Below, piece by piece: positions 11,586-21,671 of a stretch of DNA of 64,000 bases (positions are counted from its first letter, which is position 1; every line of letters begins with the position of its first letter). This stretch comes from Myxococcales bacterium (lineage in GTDB: Bacteria > Myxococcota_A > UBA9042 > JABWCM01 > BTVJ01): NCBI GenBank assembly GCA_045863395.1, contig BTVJ01000019.1:1-64000 (forward strand), read 5' to 3'. Under the pieces are notes generated by a model. The model was not told the origin of the DNA. It was given only the letters and a program-made list of their open reading frames with translations, and made no database searches. Position numbers and translations under genes: made by a program.

Positions 11586-11807
11586 TCTCCCTGTGCCCCG
11601 CCCCTCGGTCGTCGTCGTCATGGTGACGGAGGCCCGGCTCCTCAGGCGCCGGTGCATAACGACCTGATCCATCGAGGGGCCCGATACGCCCCGCTGGCAG
11701 TCCGGCGAGGCCGCAGGCAGGGCCTTGTCCTTCCAAGGTCTCGCCAGGCTGCCAGCGGGGATGCAGCGGGGGCCGAATGGCACAGGTTGTTGTGCACCGG
11801 CGCCTTA

Positions 11808-11983
11808 GAGGGTGTATTCAAAATGGCCCTGCTACGCGCGCGGTCGCATCCCGCTTGGCCGCGTCGCGGGCCTCCCGACGAGGGGACGAGTACCACGAGT
11901 ACGCGCCCCCTCGTCGGGAAGCCCGCTCCTTGCCATGCGGGCGCGCCCACGCGCTCGCGACGGGCCATTTTGAATACACCCTC
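11808..11983. mobile_element. 176-bp MITE (non-autonomous element, possibly IS5-family derived)
   Basis: Perfect 22-bp TIRs GAGGGTGTATTCAAAATGGCCC at 11808-11829 and 11962-11983. TTA flanks both sides (11805-11807, 11984-11986). Internal 19/20 inverted repeat at 11866-11885 and 11907-11926. Confidence 0.88.
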
Positions 11984-12048
11984 TTAGCACCTTTCGCCGG
12001 CACCCGCCCCGTGGTAAGCAGTGGGGGGACCTGCTCACCAAGGACGCC

Positions 12049-13071
12049 ATGCCCCTCGCCGACACCCTCCGCCGCCCGCTCCGCTCGCTGCGCCTGTCCG
12101 TCACGGACCGCTGCAACCTGCGCTGCGCCTACTGCATGCCGGAGCACGAGTACGTGTGGCTGCCGCGGGAGGACATCCTGCGCTTCGAGGAGATGGTGCG
12201 CCTCGTCGGCGTCTTCGCCTCGCTCGGGGTGGACAAGGTGCGGCTGACCGGCGGCGAGCCCCTGCTGCGCCGGGACGTGGACCGCCTGGTCGGGATGCTC
12301 GCGGCCCACCCCTCCATCGAGGACCTGGCGCTGACCACCAACGGGGTGCTGCTCGGCGGGCGAGCGCAGGCCCTCAAGGACGCAGGGCTCCACCGCATCA
12401 CCGTGAGCCTGGACACCCTGCGGCCCGACCGCTTCGCGCGCATCGCCCGCTTCGACCTGCACGCCCAGGTGCTCGCCGGCATCGAGGCGGCGGCGACCCT
12501 GTGGCCGGGCCGCCTGAAGCTCGACGCGGTCATCGAGCGCGGCGTCAACGACGACGAGCTGGCGCCGCTCGTCCGCTTCGCCGCGGGGCTCGGTGCCGAG
12601 GTGCGCTTCATCGAGTACATGGACGTCGGCGGCGCGACGCGCTGGTCGCCGGAGCGGGTGGTCTCTCGCCGGGAGATGCTCGCCCGCGTCGGGGCAGAGC
12701 TGGGCTCTCCGGTCCCAACCACGAAGGACGGCTGGGCCCCCGCCGACCGCTTCGCCCTGCCGGACGGCACGACCTTCGGCGTGATCTCCTCGACGACGGA
12801 GCCCTTCTGCGGCACCTGTGACCGGAGCCGCCTCACGGCGGACGGCACGTGGCTCCTCTGCCTCTACGCCCACGGCGGCACGGACCTGCGCGGCCCCCTC
12901 CGCGCCGGCGCGACCGACGACGACCTGCGCGCGCTCATCACGGGCGGCTGGGGAGCGCGGGCGGACCGGGGCGCCGAGCAGCGCCGCGACGCGGAGGCAC
13001 GCGGAGCCCTCGCGACGGCTGAGGTCCTGAGAGACAGCCCCCACCTGGAGATGCACACGCGGGGAGGCTGA
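12049..13071 (+). CDS. moaA: GTP 3',8-cyclase MoaA (molybdenum cofactor biosynthesis)
   Basis: LRLSVTDRCNLRCAYC (CxxxCxxC), LTGGEPLLR, FCGTCDRSR...CL, and a C-terminal GG. Confidence 0.97.
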   Translation: MPLADTLRRPLRSLRLSVTDRCNLRCAYCMPEHEYVWLPREDILRFEEMVRLVGVFASLGVDKVRLTGGEPLLRRDVDRLVGMLAAHPSIEDLALTTNGVLLGGRAQALKDAGLHRITVSLDTLRPDRFARIARFDLHAQVLAGIEAAATLWPGRLKLDAVIERGVNDDELAPLVRFAAGLGAEVRFIEYMDVGGATRWSPERVVSRREMLARVGAELGSPVPTTKDGWAPADRFALPDGTTFGVISSTTEPFCGTCDRSRLTADGTWLLCLYAHGGTDLRGPLRAGATDDDLRALITGGWGARADRGAEQRRDAEARGALATAEVLRDSPHLEMHTRGG

Positions 13072-13079
13072 GCCGCCCG

Positions 13080-14192
13080 TCAGTCCCCGAAGTAGAAGAT
13101 CATGCTGAACATGGCATCGACGACGATGACCCAGAAGATGCTGCTGACCACGGACGCCGTGGTGACGAGGCCGACCGCCTCGGCACCGCCCCGCACCTGG
13201 AAGCCGCGGTTGGCGGCGATGAGCACGATGACCCAGGCGAAGACGACGCTCTTGAGCAGGCCGGTCCAGAGGTCCTTGAGGACCAGCGACTTGAGCACCT
13301 GCGTGAAGAAGGTCTCGGGGCCGAGGCCCAGGTAGAACCAGGCGGCGAGGAAGCCACCGAAGATGCCGAGGGAGCTGGCGTAGACCACCAGGGCCGGCAT
13401 GGTCAGGGTCATGGCCTGGAACTTCGGGACCACGATGTACCTGATGGGGTGGAGGCCCATGGTGCGGAGCGCGTCCACCTCCTGGCTGACGACCATGGTC
13501 CCGACCTCGGCTGCGATGGATGCCCCCGAGCGGCCCGCCATGAGGATGGCGGTCATCAGGGGCCCCATCTCGCGTGTCATGGAGACGGCGATCAGGTTGG
13601 CCACGTAGATGCTCGCGCCGAACTGGCGGAGCTGGTAGGCGGACTGGAGCGCGACGACCACGCCCACGAGAAACGAGATCAGACCCACGATGGGCAAGGC
13701 GTTGACGCCGATTCGCACGGACTCTACCCAGACGGCGCCCTTGCGGACGCGTCTCGTCCGCCGCGCCCCACCCAGACTCCAGGCGAAGGTGTCGGCGATC
13801 AGCGAGAGCATGTCGACGAATGAGTCGAATCCCCGCTCCGCCCGCAGCCCGACACGCTCCAGGAGGCCCGGCCCCTTCGCGGGGGCTCTCTGCGCCGAGT
13901 CCTCCTCCACCCGAAACAGCTCGAAGGCGCGGCGGGCCTGGTCGCTGAGCGCCGTGACGCTGACCACCGCCCCGACCTCGGCCCCCCGCCGCGCCAGGAG
14001 CCCGAAGAGGGCGACTCCGGCGCTGTCGATGCGCTCCACCCCCGCCAGGTCGAAGGAGACTGCGCCCCGCTTGGAGACGGCCCTCAGCAGCCGGTCGTGG
14101 ACCTCGGGGATCGTGTCTCGGTCAAGCTCTCCGGCCAGACTCAGGGACCCGGCGCCATCGTCGTCCAGGCGGATGCGTCCGGAGGGCTTCAT
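13080..14192 (-). CDS. mlaE: STAS-domain plus MlaE lipid ABC transporter permease
   Basis: DLAGVERIDSAG (STAS); REMGPLMTAILMAGRSGASIAAEVGTM; EVDALRTMG. Confidence 0.93.
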   Translation of the reverse strand: MKPSGRIRLDDDGAGSLSLAGELDRDTIPEVHDRLLRAVSKRGAVSFDLAGVERIDSAGVALFGLLARRGAEVGAVVSVTALSDQARRAFELFRVEEDSAQRAPAKGPGLLERVGLRAERGFDSFVDMLSLIADTFAWSLGGARRTRRVRKGAVWVESVRIGVNALPIVGLISFLVGVVVALQSAYQLRQFGASIYVANLIAVSMTREMGPLMTAILMAGRSGASIAAEVGTMVVSQEVDALRTMGLHPIRYIVVPKFQAMTLTMPALVVYASSLGIFGGFLAAWFYLGLGPETFFTQVLKSLVLKDLWTGLLKSVVFAWVIVLIAANRGFQVRGGAEAVGLVTTASVVSSIFWVIVVDAMFSMIFYFGD

Positions 14193-16568
14193 CTACAGGC
14201 AGACGCACACCGGGATGCTCCCAAAGGCGATGCAGGTCGTGAACAGACAGCCCGCCTGGGGTGGGCAGGTGTACTTGACCGTCTCCTTGCACGTGCCTCC
14301 TGAACAGGCGCTCGCCGCCGTGCACGGGTCCTTGTCGTCGCAAGAGATACCGTTGGCCCCGGCCGCATTGTAGACACAGCCTGTCGCCACGCTGCACGAG
14401 TCGACGGTGCAGACATTGTTGTCGTTGCAGACCAGGTTGTTTCCGCCCACGCAGAAGCCGTTGGAGCAGACGTCGCTCTGGGTGCAGGCGTTGCCGTCGT
14501 CGCAGCCGACCCCGTTCTTGTTGGTGTATGTGCAGCCACCGGCGGCGTTGCACTTGTCCTCGGTGCAGACCTTGCCGTCGTCGCAGTTGATGGGCGTGCC
14601 CACACAGGTGCCGCCCGAGCAGAGGTCGCCCTTGGTGCAGGCGTCCTGGTCATCGCAGGCCCCCGCGATGGCCTGGAACACGCACTTCCCGCTCGCCGCG
14701 TCGCAGGAGTCCTTGGTGCACGGGTTGCCGTCGAAGCACAGCCCGTCGTCGGGGATCCCGTTGCAGTCGTTGTCCTTGCCGTCGCAGATCTCCTGAGCAC
14801 CGGGGTAGACCGTCGGATCCTTGGGCTCGCAGTCGAAGGCGTCCTTGACCGGATCGTTGTCGTCGTTGTCGTCGCAGGCGTCGCCCTGCGCGTCCCCGTC
14901 CGTGTTGAGCTGGTCCGGGTTCGACAGGAGCGGGCAGTTGTCGCTGGCGTCGGGCGTGCCGTCGTTGTCGTCGTCGTCGTCGCAGGCGTCCCCGAGCCCG
15001 TCGCCGTCGGTGTCGATCTGATTCGCGTTGGGCACGAGCGGGCAGTTGTCCTGCTTGTCGAGGAAGCCGTCGTTGTCGTCGTCCTCGTCGCAGGCGTCGC
15101 CCTTCGGGTCCCCATCGGAGTTCTTCTGATCCGGGTTGTAGGCGAGAGGGCAGTTGTCCACCTCGTCCAGCACACCGTCGGCGTCGTCGTCGTCGTCCAT
15201 GCAGTCCTTGAGGCCGTCGCCGTCCGTGTCGACGTCGTTCTCGTCGATGACTCCGTTGCAGTTGTTGTCCTTGCCGTCGCACGGGTCCGGCGCCCCGTGG
15301 AACACGCCCGGATTCATCGGCTCGCAGTCCGTGGCGTCGGGGTCGCCGTCGCCGTCGTCGTCCGGGTCCACGCAGTCCGCCAGCCCGTCACCGTCGAGGT
15401 CCGGGGAGCCGTCGTCCACGACGCCGTTGCAGTCGTCGTCCTTGCCGTTGCAGACCTCGGCGACCGCCGTGTCGCCCTCGCAGAGCACCCCCTCGCCGTC
15501 CGTCGTGCACACGAGCACGCCGTTCGCGCAGGAGTCCAGGTCGGGCCCGTCGCAGGGCTTGCCCTTGTCGGGGAAGCCGTTGTCCACCACCCCGTCGCAG
15601 TCGTCGTCCTTGGAGTTGCACAGCTCCTTCGAGGCCTCGGGCCCGACGCACTTCTTGACCCCGCCCACGCAGTCCACCTTGCCCTTGCACGTGCCGAAGT
15701 CGTTGGTGACGTCGCAATCCTGGGCGACGACGATGTCGTCCGTCAGCCCGTTGCAGTCGTTGTCCTTGCCGTCGCAGACCTCCATGTCCGGGGCCTCCGA
15801 CGAGCAGGGAGTCAGCCCGTCCGCCGTACACCAGCGCTCGCCGAAGCACTTGCCAAAGGAGTTCTGGGCGTAGCACACGGTCCCGGACTTGTTCTGGATC
15901 GCCGCGGGCGTGCAGTCGCAGGCGCCCGAGATCGGCACGCACTGCCGCGCGGGCGGACCGTCGGGCGACGGGACGTCGATGCAGGAGAAGCCCGAGGGGC
16001 ACGGCTGCCCGCCGGCACAGTCCCCGCCGCAGAAGCGCCCGGCCGCACCGTAGTCGATGCACAAGGCGCCGCTAAGGGTGGCTCCGTCGGCGCAGTCCTC
16101 GGCGACCTTGCAGGGCTCGCAGATATGCGGGTAGCGGGGCTTGCAGATGTAGGTGGTGTCCAACCCCGTGACCGTGACCTCGCTGCAGATCCACCCCGCG
16201 GGGCAGTTCTCCACGCAGATCTCGGTGCAGACCTTGCCCGCCGGTGAGTTGATGCAGAAGGCGCTCGGGCAGTCGGCGTTGTCGGCGCACTTCCAGCCGA
16301 GCTCGCCGGGGGCGGGGTCCGTGGGGATGCCCCACTGGTCGACGTCTGGGCCGCTCCCGCCTGCCCCGTCCGGCCCCTCCTGCCCCGCGTCCTTCCCTCC
16401 GGGCTTGCCGGGCTTGCCCCCCGAATCGGAGACGGAAGATGCGCCGTCCGCCCCGGCGATGCCATCAGCGGCGCCGGCGCCATCAGCGGCGCCGCCAAAG
16501 GTCGTCGCGTCGGTCCCGCACGCCGCCAGCGCGAGAACCATCGGGAGTGCAAAGCGCCTGAAGCCCAT
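14193..16568 (-). CDS. Cys-rich lipoprotein with MopE-type (EVCxGKDxDC) repeats, thrombospondin type-3 Ca-binding repeats and CDDGNxCT repeats
   Basis: Lipobox LAAC; repeated [10 protein letters not shown], DNCPLxxNPDQxxxDGDxxGDACD and CDDGxxCTxDxC. GAGG RBS. Stop codon abuts the mlaE ATG. Confidence 0.85.
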   Translation of the reverse strand: MGFRRFALPMVLALAACGTDATTFGGAADGAGAADGIAGADGASSVSDSGGKPGKPGGKDAGQEGPDGAGGSGPDVDQWGIPTDPAPGELGWKCADNADCPSAFCINSPAGKVCTEICVENCPAGWICSEVTVTGLDTTYICKPRYPHICEPCKVAEDCADGATLSGALCIDYGAAGRFCGGDCAGGQPCPSGFSCIDVPSPDGPPARQCVPISGACDCTPAAIQNKSGTVCYAQNSFGKCFGERWCTADGLTPCSSEAPDMEVCDGKDNDCNGLTDDIVVAQDCDVTNDFGTCKGKVDCVGGVKKCVGPEASKELCNSKDDDCDGVVDNGFPDKGKPCDGPDLDSCANGVLVCTTDGEGVLCEGDTAVAEVCNGKDDDCNGVVDDGSPDLDGDGLADCVDPDDDGDGDPDATDCEPMNPGVFHGAPDPCDGKDNNCNGVIDENDVDTDGDGLKDCMDDDDDADGVLDEVDNCPLAYNPDQKNSDGDPKGDACDEDDDNDGFLDKQDNCPLVPNANQIDTDGDGLGDACDDDDDNDGTPDASDNCPLLSNPDQLNTDGDAQGDACDDNDDNDPVKDAFDCEPKDPTVYPGAQEICDGKDNDCNGIPDDGLCFDGNPCTKDSCDAASGKCVFQAIAGACDDQDACTKGDLCSGGTCVGTPINCDDGKVCTEDKCNAAGGCTYTNKNGVGCDDGNACTQSDVCSNGFCVGGNNLVCNDNNVCTVDSCSVATGCVYNAAGANGISCDDKDPCTAASACSGGTCKETVKYTCPPQAGCLFTTCIAFGSIPVCVCL

Positions 16569-16714
16569 CGTGTACACCTCGCCGAGGAAGTCGTCCCGAG
16601 AGTGCCGGAGGCTAGCAGAAGCACGCGCGCGATGACAGATCCATCGGCTTCCTTGACGGCGGAGCCGCGACTCGGTGTATCCTGCGCGGCAACTGCCAGC
16701 CCGGAGGAACCCGA

Positions 16715-17737
16715 ATGAAGCAGCGAGGAACGTGGAATCTGGTGCGTGGACTGGGGATCGCGGCCACACTGGCGTTTGCGGTGGCCGGGTGCGACGCGGA
16801 CGACACCACCGGCGGGGTCGGCGGCTCCGGCGGCCTGGACACGGTCGGAGGCATCGGAGACAACGACGGCAGCGGCGGAGTGGACGACGTCGGCGGCATC
16901 GGCGGCGGAGACACGGGCGGCAGCAAGCCGGGCGGCGACGCTGCCACGACCGATGGCGGCTCCACTGGCGGTTCGGACAGCGCGACGGCCGACGTACAGG
17001 CCGCAGACGACGCGGGCGCCCAGGACGTCTGGACGCCGGGCCCCGACACCCAGGCCACCGACGGCGGCGGGAGCGTGGACGTGCCCGACCCCACCGACGT
17101 TGCGGTGGACGCGAGCCCCGGCCCGACGGACACCGGCAACCCCAAGCCCGACGTCCAGCAGGGCTCGTGCATCGCCGGCGACTGGTGCCCGGTGCCCATC
17201 GTGGGCCTGCCGGACGTGGCCATCGTGCAGAAGTCGGGCAGCGCGCCGACGTTGGGCGGTGGCCCGAAGCCGGACGGCGACTACGAGCTGTCCGTCGCCG
17301 AGATCTACCTGGACAGCGTCAACGGCGGCTCACCCCTGCCCATCGCCATCACGGTGAAGAGCAACGGTAACACCTTCGGCTCCTCGCGCTTCGAGGAGGA
17401 GGCGTGGTCCGTCGCCGCCAACCTGGATCTGTTCCTGAGCATCTCGGCCCTGGGCCAGTCCTTCAACTTCGAGCAGGAGATCGGCGGCGGCGGGTGCTTC
17501 ACGCTAAGCGGCAACACCATGAGCTCCGACCTGCTGGAGTGCTACGGCGGCGACCCGCCCGACGTGCCCCTGCCGGACAGCTTCCAGTACTCGAACACCG
17601 GGGAGACCCTTCGCATCAAGGTCACGGTGGACAACTCCGCGATCCTGAACGCGATCCCCACAGAGTACCAGTCGCTGGCCAAGGCGTTCATCAAGGACGA
17701 CCTGGACATCATCCTGGAGCTGACCGCGGTCCCCTGA
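16715..17737 (+). CDS. Hypothetical lipoprotein with G/D/T-rich linker and C-terminal beta-rich domain
   Basis: GGAGGA RBS, lipobox VAGC, strong GC3 codon pattern. Confidence 0.75.
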   Translation: MKQRGTWNLVRGLGIAATLAFAVAGCDADDTTGGVGGSGGLDTVGGIGDNDGSGGVDDVGGIGGGDTGGSKPGGDAATTDGGSTGGSDSATADVQAADDAGAQDVWTPGPDTQATDGGGSVDVPDPTDVAVDASPGPTDTGNPKPDVQQGSCIAGDWCPVPIVGLPDVAIVQKSGSAPTLGGGPKPDGDYELSVAEIYLDSVNGGSPLPIAITVKSNGNTFGSSRFEEEAWSVAANLDLFLSISALGQSFNFEQEIGGGGCFTLSGNTMSSDLLECYGGDPPDVPLPDSFQYSNTGETLRIKVTVDNSAILNAIPTEYQSLAKAFIKDDLDIILELTAVP

Positions 17738-17834
17738 GCCCCGGCACGGCGGGCCTCCCCGCGCTGAGGCTTCCCACCCTACCGCTCCCCCGCAGCCGGT
17801 GCTACCATGCGCCGGTCCCGCTCGCGGAGGGAGT

Positions 17835-19313
17835 GTGAGCCGAACCCGAACCACCCTGGCCCTGCTCGCGACGCTCGCCGTCGTGGCGCTCGGCGCCGAC
17901 GCCCTGGCGCGGGTCGGTGGAGGTGAGTCCTACGGCGGGGGTGGCGGGGGTGGCGGCGGAGACGGCGAGGGCATCGGCATCCTCATCGAGCTCGTGTTCC
18001 GGCTGCTCTTCTGGCTGTGCCTGGAGCACCCGGTCATCGGCATCCCGCTGACCCTGGCCGTCGTCATCGGGATCATCGTCGTGAAGGCGCGGCCCACGCC
18101 CGTCGACATCGGGCAGGACCTGGCGCACGACGTCGCCCCAGCCCCGCGCCGCCGTGGCTCCCTCGTGGCCGAGATCGAGGCCCTGCGCCAGCACGACCCC
18201 GCCTTCTCCCGCCACCTGTTCCTCGACTTCGCCGCCCTGCTCTACTCCCGGGTGCAGGAGGCGCGGGGCGACGGCCCCATCGAGCCCGTCCTGCCGTGGC
18301 TGGCGCCCGAGGCCCTCGCCGCCCTCGACCGCTCCCCGGACCGGGTGGACCGCGTGATCGCCGGCGGCATCACCCTGGTGGGGATCCACGTCGGGAAGCA
18401 GGTGCGCCTGACCGTCACCTTCGAGGCGAACGTGCGGGAGCACAGCGGCGGCACCCGCGAGCTCTACCTGCGCGAGCGGTGGACCTTCGAGCGCGCCCTC
18501 CACGTGCTGTCCCGCTCGCCGGAGGAGATCACCCGCCTCGGCTGCCCCTCTTGCGGCGCCGCCGGCGAGCTGGACGTCCATGGCCGCTGCACCTTCTGCC
18601 ACACGGCGGTCAACCAGGGCGAGGTGGCGTGGGTGGTCCGGCGCATGGAGATCCTGGAGCGTCGCGACAAGCGCCGCCTGGAGGTGGCGCTCTCCCCCGG
18701 GGGCGTCGAGCCGGGCACCAACGACCTGACAGTGATGCAGCCCGCGTTCGCTGCCGCCCAGCGGGCGTTCTTCGCCCGCAACCCCGCCTTCACCTGGGCC
18801 GCGTTCGAGGAGCGTGCCCGCGGCATCTTCCTCGCTCTCCAGGACGCCTGGTCGACGCTCGACTGGGAGAGGGCCAGACCCCACGAGACCGACCACCTGT
18901 TCCAGACGCACCGCTACTGGATCGAGCGCTACCGCAGCGACGGGCTCCGCAACGTGCTCGCCGACGTGCGCATCGACCGGGTCGTCCCCTGCCGCATCGA
19001 GCAGGACGCCTGGTTCGAGGCCGTGACCGTGCGCATCTTCGCGTCCATGCGCGACTGGGTGGAGGACGCGCAGGGCCGCGTGGTGGGTGGCAACCGGTCC
19101 GTGGAGCGGTCGTTCAGCGAGTACTGGACCTTCATCCGCCGCATCGGCGTGGCGGAGCGACAGGACCGGTCCCTGGCCAACTGTCCGAGCTGCGGCGCCC
19201 AGCTCCAGGTGAACGCCGCCGCCATCTGCGCCTTCTGCGAATCGAAGATCGCCGGCGGTGACTTCGACTGGGTGGCGTCCCTCATCGAGCAGGACGAGGC
19301 GTACCGGGGCTGA
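17835..19313 (+). CDS. Tim44-like domain membrane protein (two Tim44-like units, each followed by a zinc ribbon)
   Basis: ARVGGGESYGGG N-terminus; HDPAFSR...ERWTFER and FSEYWTFIR; CPSCGA...CxFC twice. GGAGG RBS before GTG. Confidence 0.85.
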   Translation: MSRTRTTLALLATLAVVALGADALARVGGGESYGGGGGGGGGDGEGIGILIELVFRLLFWLCLEHPVIGIPLTLAVVIGIIVVKARPTPVDIGQDLAHDVAPAPRRRGSLVAEIEALRQHDPAFSRHLFLDFAALLYSRVQEARGDGPIEPVLPWLAPEALAALDRSPDRVDRVIAGGITLVGIHVGKQVRLTVTFEANVREHSGGTRELYLRERWTFERALHVLSRSPEEITRLGCPSCGAAGELDVHGRCTFCHTAVNQGEVAWVVRRMEILERRDKRRLEVALSPGGVEPGTNDLTVMQPAFAAAQRAFFARNPAFTWAAFEERARGIFLALQDAWSTLDWERARPHETDHLFQTHRYWIERYRSDGLRNVLADVRIDRVVPCRIEQDAWFEAVTVRIFASMRDWVEDAQGRVVGGNRSVERSFSEYWTFIRRIGVAERQDRSLANCPSCGAQLQVNAAAICAFCESKIAGGDFDWVASLIEQDEAYRG

Positions 19314-21084
19314 CCCTCAGGCGCAGCACCCGGCGCGTCCCCGTGATGCCGCGCAGCGCCACCGTGTCATCGACCTGCGCCGCCCCGAACCGCAGGATGG
19401 CGTCCGATGCGCCAGGGAGGTCGAGGGTCTCCCGCGTCCACACCGCCTCCCCAGGCTGCGCCACGCCTTGGGCGCGCGCCGAGAGGTTCACCGTGGCGCC
19501 GAAGTAGTCGATGCCCGCCGTGTCCGAGTGCACGACCAGCGCAGGGCCTGCGTGGACTCCCACCTTCAACCCGGTGTCCAGGTCTCGCCGCGGCGCCCAC
19601 CCGTCGAAGCGAGCGAGCATGTCGAGCGAGGCAGCCGCAGCGGCCCCCGCCTCGTGGAAGGCCGCCATGAGGCCGTCCCCGACCGTCTTGACCACCACGC
19701 CCCCGTGCTCCTCGACCACACCGCGAAGCAGCTCGAAGTGGTCGCGCACGAAGGCGAAGGCTCCCGCGTCCCCCAGCACCTCGTACATGGCGGTCGAGCC
19801 GGCGAGGTCCGTGAAGACGACCGCCACCGACCGGACCGCGATGCGCAGGGTAGGTGACAACACCTGGTGGCCCATCATGCGGCGGAAGGCCGGCAGCGTG
19901 GTCAGCGCCGACGCGGGGACCTTGTCCTCGGCGCCCACCCGCGACAGGTGCACCCGCGCCCGCCTCCGCGTCGGGTTGTGCAGCTCCAGCGCGAGCGTTC
20001 CGCCCGGCGCGCTCACCTGGGCCGGGCCGCCCGCCGCGCTCCAACGCACGTGGGGGTCCCCCTCCTGCCCGACGGTCACCTCCAGGTGCGGCAGGCGCGC
20101 CCCCGCGTCGATGCGCCAGTGTCCGGCCTCCACCGGCACGTCGGCCCGGATCACGGCGTCGGGCTGCACGACGAAGAGGGCCCGGATGTCCGGCGCTCCG
20201 AGCGGGAAGAGCGTGCAGAAGCGCTGCTCCACGCGCGGTACCACCGCGGGGTGGGGCGTGAGCAGCACCTCCACGTTGGCGCCCAGATCCGTGGCGAAGG
20301 CTACCTGGCACGAGGGGCAGTCGGCGTGATCCGCCAGGTCCGACAGCAGCGGCGACGACGCCACCGAGCCGTGGCAGCGCTCGCAGCGCACGCTCCAGTA
20401 GAGCTCGAGCGCCCCGTCCACGACGCCGCGCAGCAGCGCCGCGAGCACCTCCCCCCGGTCCATCCCCCACCGGTCCGCCAGCTCCCAGGGGCGCATGCGC
20501 TGGAGCTCCGAGGGGCGCGCACGCTCCACCCACCGCCGCGTCCGGTCCACGACCGCGGGCGGCGCCTTCGCCCCCCACCGCTCGAAGGCGGCGACCGCTG
20601 CTGGGGGCAGCGCACGCAGAGGCGGCTCCTCCCAGGCGACGCCGGGCCCCGGGAGCGCGGCCAGAGCGGCGGCCCAGCGCCGGCCGATGCCCGCCACCGA
20701 CGCCCGGATGATCGGCCGCAGCAGCGCCAGACCCGGCTCCACCTGCAGGTGCAGGCGCGGACGCACGGTGCCGTCCCCTTGGGGCACGAGCTCCGCCTCA
20801 TAGACGGTGCGGGTGAACAGGCGGCTCTGGTAGGACCGCTCCTGGCGGAAGCTGCGCCCCTCCACCCAGGAGACGTCGGTCTCCTCGAAGCGCATGGAGC
20901 CCCCCTTCCCCTTGAAGGCCCCGGTGATGGCGGGATAGTGCTCGGCGTCCTCCGCGATGGTGAGCTGCTGGAGCTGCCCGTTGCCCGCGAGGCGATTCAG
21001 CCAGTCCGTGTCGCCGACCAGCCGCCACGCCAGATCGGGGCGCGTCGGGGGGCCCTCCACGTCGAACCGCAGCTCTCCTGACAT
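19282..21084 (-). CDS. Class III adenylate/guanylate cyclase with SRPBCC-like and DUF5939-like N-terminal regions
   Basis: FTDLAGSTAMY, VVKTVGDGLMA, DYFGATVNLSAR; CxxC...CxxC in the middle domain. Confidence 0.87.
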   Translation of the reverse strand: MSGELRFDVEGPPTRPDLAWRLVGDTDWLNRLAGNGQLQQLTIAEDAEHYPAITGAFKGKGGSMRFEETDVSWVEGRSFRQERSYQSRLFTRTVYEAELVPQGDGTVRPRLHLQVEPGLALLRPIIRASVAGIGRRWAAALAALPGPGVAWEEPPLRALPPAAVAAFERWGAKAPPAVVDRTRRWVERARPSELQRMRPWELADRWGMDRGEVLAALLRGVVDGALELYWSVRCERCHGSVASSPLLSDLADHADCPSCQVAFATDLGANVEVLLTPHPAVVPRVEQRFCTLFPLGAPDIRALFVVQPDAVIRADVPVEAGHWRIDAGARLPHLEVTVGQEGDPHVRWSAAGGPAQVSAPGGTLALELHNPTRRRARVHLSRVGAEDKVPASALTTLPAFRRMMGHQVLSPTLRIAVRSVAVVFTDLAGSTAMYEVLGDAGAFAFVRDHFELLRGVVEEHGGVVVKTVGDGLMAAFHEAGAAAAASLDMLARFDGWAPRRDLDTGLKVGVHAGPALVVHSDTAGIDYFGATVNLSARAQGVAQPGEAVWTRETLDLPGASDAILRFGAAQVDDTVALRGITGTRRVLRLRVSPGTPRPAR

Positions 21085-21252
21085 CCTGGTCACCCTCGTC
21101 CGCCTCATGTACCACAGGGGCACCAGGAACACGAGGGCGCCCTGTCCGCGCCCGCCGGCGTCATCGTGACGCCAAGTTCCGCACACGCCGGATCCCGGCT
21201 ATAGTGAAGACGAAGCGCTTGGGGGGGATCAACCACTGTCCTTGGAGGACTC

Positions 21253-21579
21253 ATGCAGCTCCCGCTTCAGATCACGTTCCGCGACATGGAGACGTCCCAC
21301 CGCCTGGAGGCCGAGATCCGGCGACGCGCGGAGAAGCTCGAGCAGTTCTATGATCGGATCATGAGCTGCCGTGTCGTGGTGGAGTGTCCGCACCAGTCGC
21401 AGACGACGGGCCAGGTCTACGACGTCCGCATCGACCTCACGGTGCCGGGCGACGAGCTGGTCGTCTCGCGCACCTCGGAGCGCGACCAGACCCACGAAAA
21501 CGTGCTCGTGGCGATCCGCGATGCCTTCAACGCCCTCGAGAAGCAGCTCCGCACCCACGCCGACAAGCGGAAGGCCTAG
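21253..21579 (+). CDS. hpf: HPF/RaiA-family ribosome-associated (hibernation) protein
   Basis: MQLPLQITFRDM...SCRVVVE...AIRDAF. GGAGG RBS. TATAGT -10 at about 21200. Confidence 0.85.
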   Translation: MQLPLQITFRDMETSHRLEAEIRRRAEKLEQFYDRIMSCRVVVECPHQSQTTGQVYDVRIDLTVPGDELVVSRTSERDQTHENVLVAIRDAFNALEKQLRTHADKRKA

Positions 21580-21603
21580 ACCAGCGGCTCTCGCAGAAAC
21601 CGC

Positions 21604-21632
21604 TTGCCAATCCATCAAGAAATCTTTATATA
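21604..21632 (+). promoter_or_regulatory. Sigma70 promoter overlapping a palindromic SahR-type operator
   Basis: TTGCCA (21604-21609), 17 nt, TATATA. Imperfect palindrome ATCAAGA-AA-TCTTTAT at 21614-21629 in an AT-rich patch before sahR-ahcY. Confidence 0.75.
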
Positions 21633-21671
21633 AGGCTTCGTTGATTCTTCAACGCAACGGAGCCCCCTGCA

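Noticed and set aside
11778..11796. TGGCAC-containing sigma54-like site upstream of the MITE
   Set aside because: There is no GC at the required 10-nt spacing from GG.
11652..11987. Short ORFs on both strands sharing the peptide RAILNTPS
   Set aside because: This is a by-product of the MITE terminal inverted repeats, not a protein family.
11586..12048. Possible Moco riboswitch upstream of moaA
   Set aside because: The visible structure is explained by the MITE, and no riboswitch consensus was recognisable by eye. An Rfam/Infernal scan would settle it.
14700..15800. Regularly recurring GTCGTTGTCCTTGCCGTCGCA-like repeats resembling a CRISPR array
   Set aside because: They are degenerate, irregularly spaced and in frame within a CDS (CDGKDNDC repeats), and no cas genes are present.
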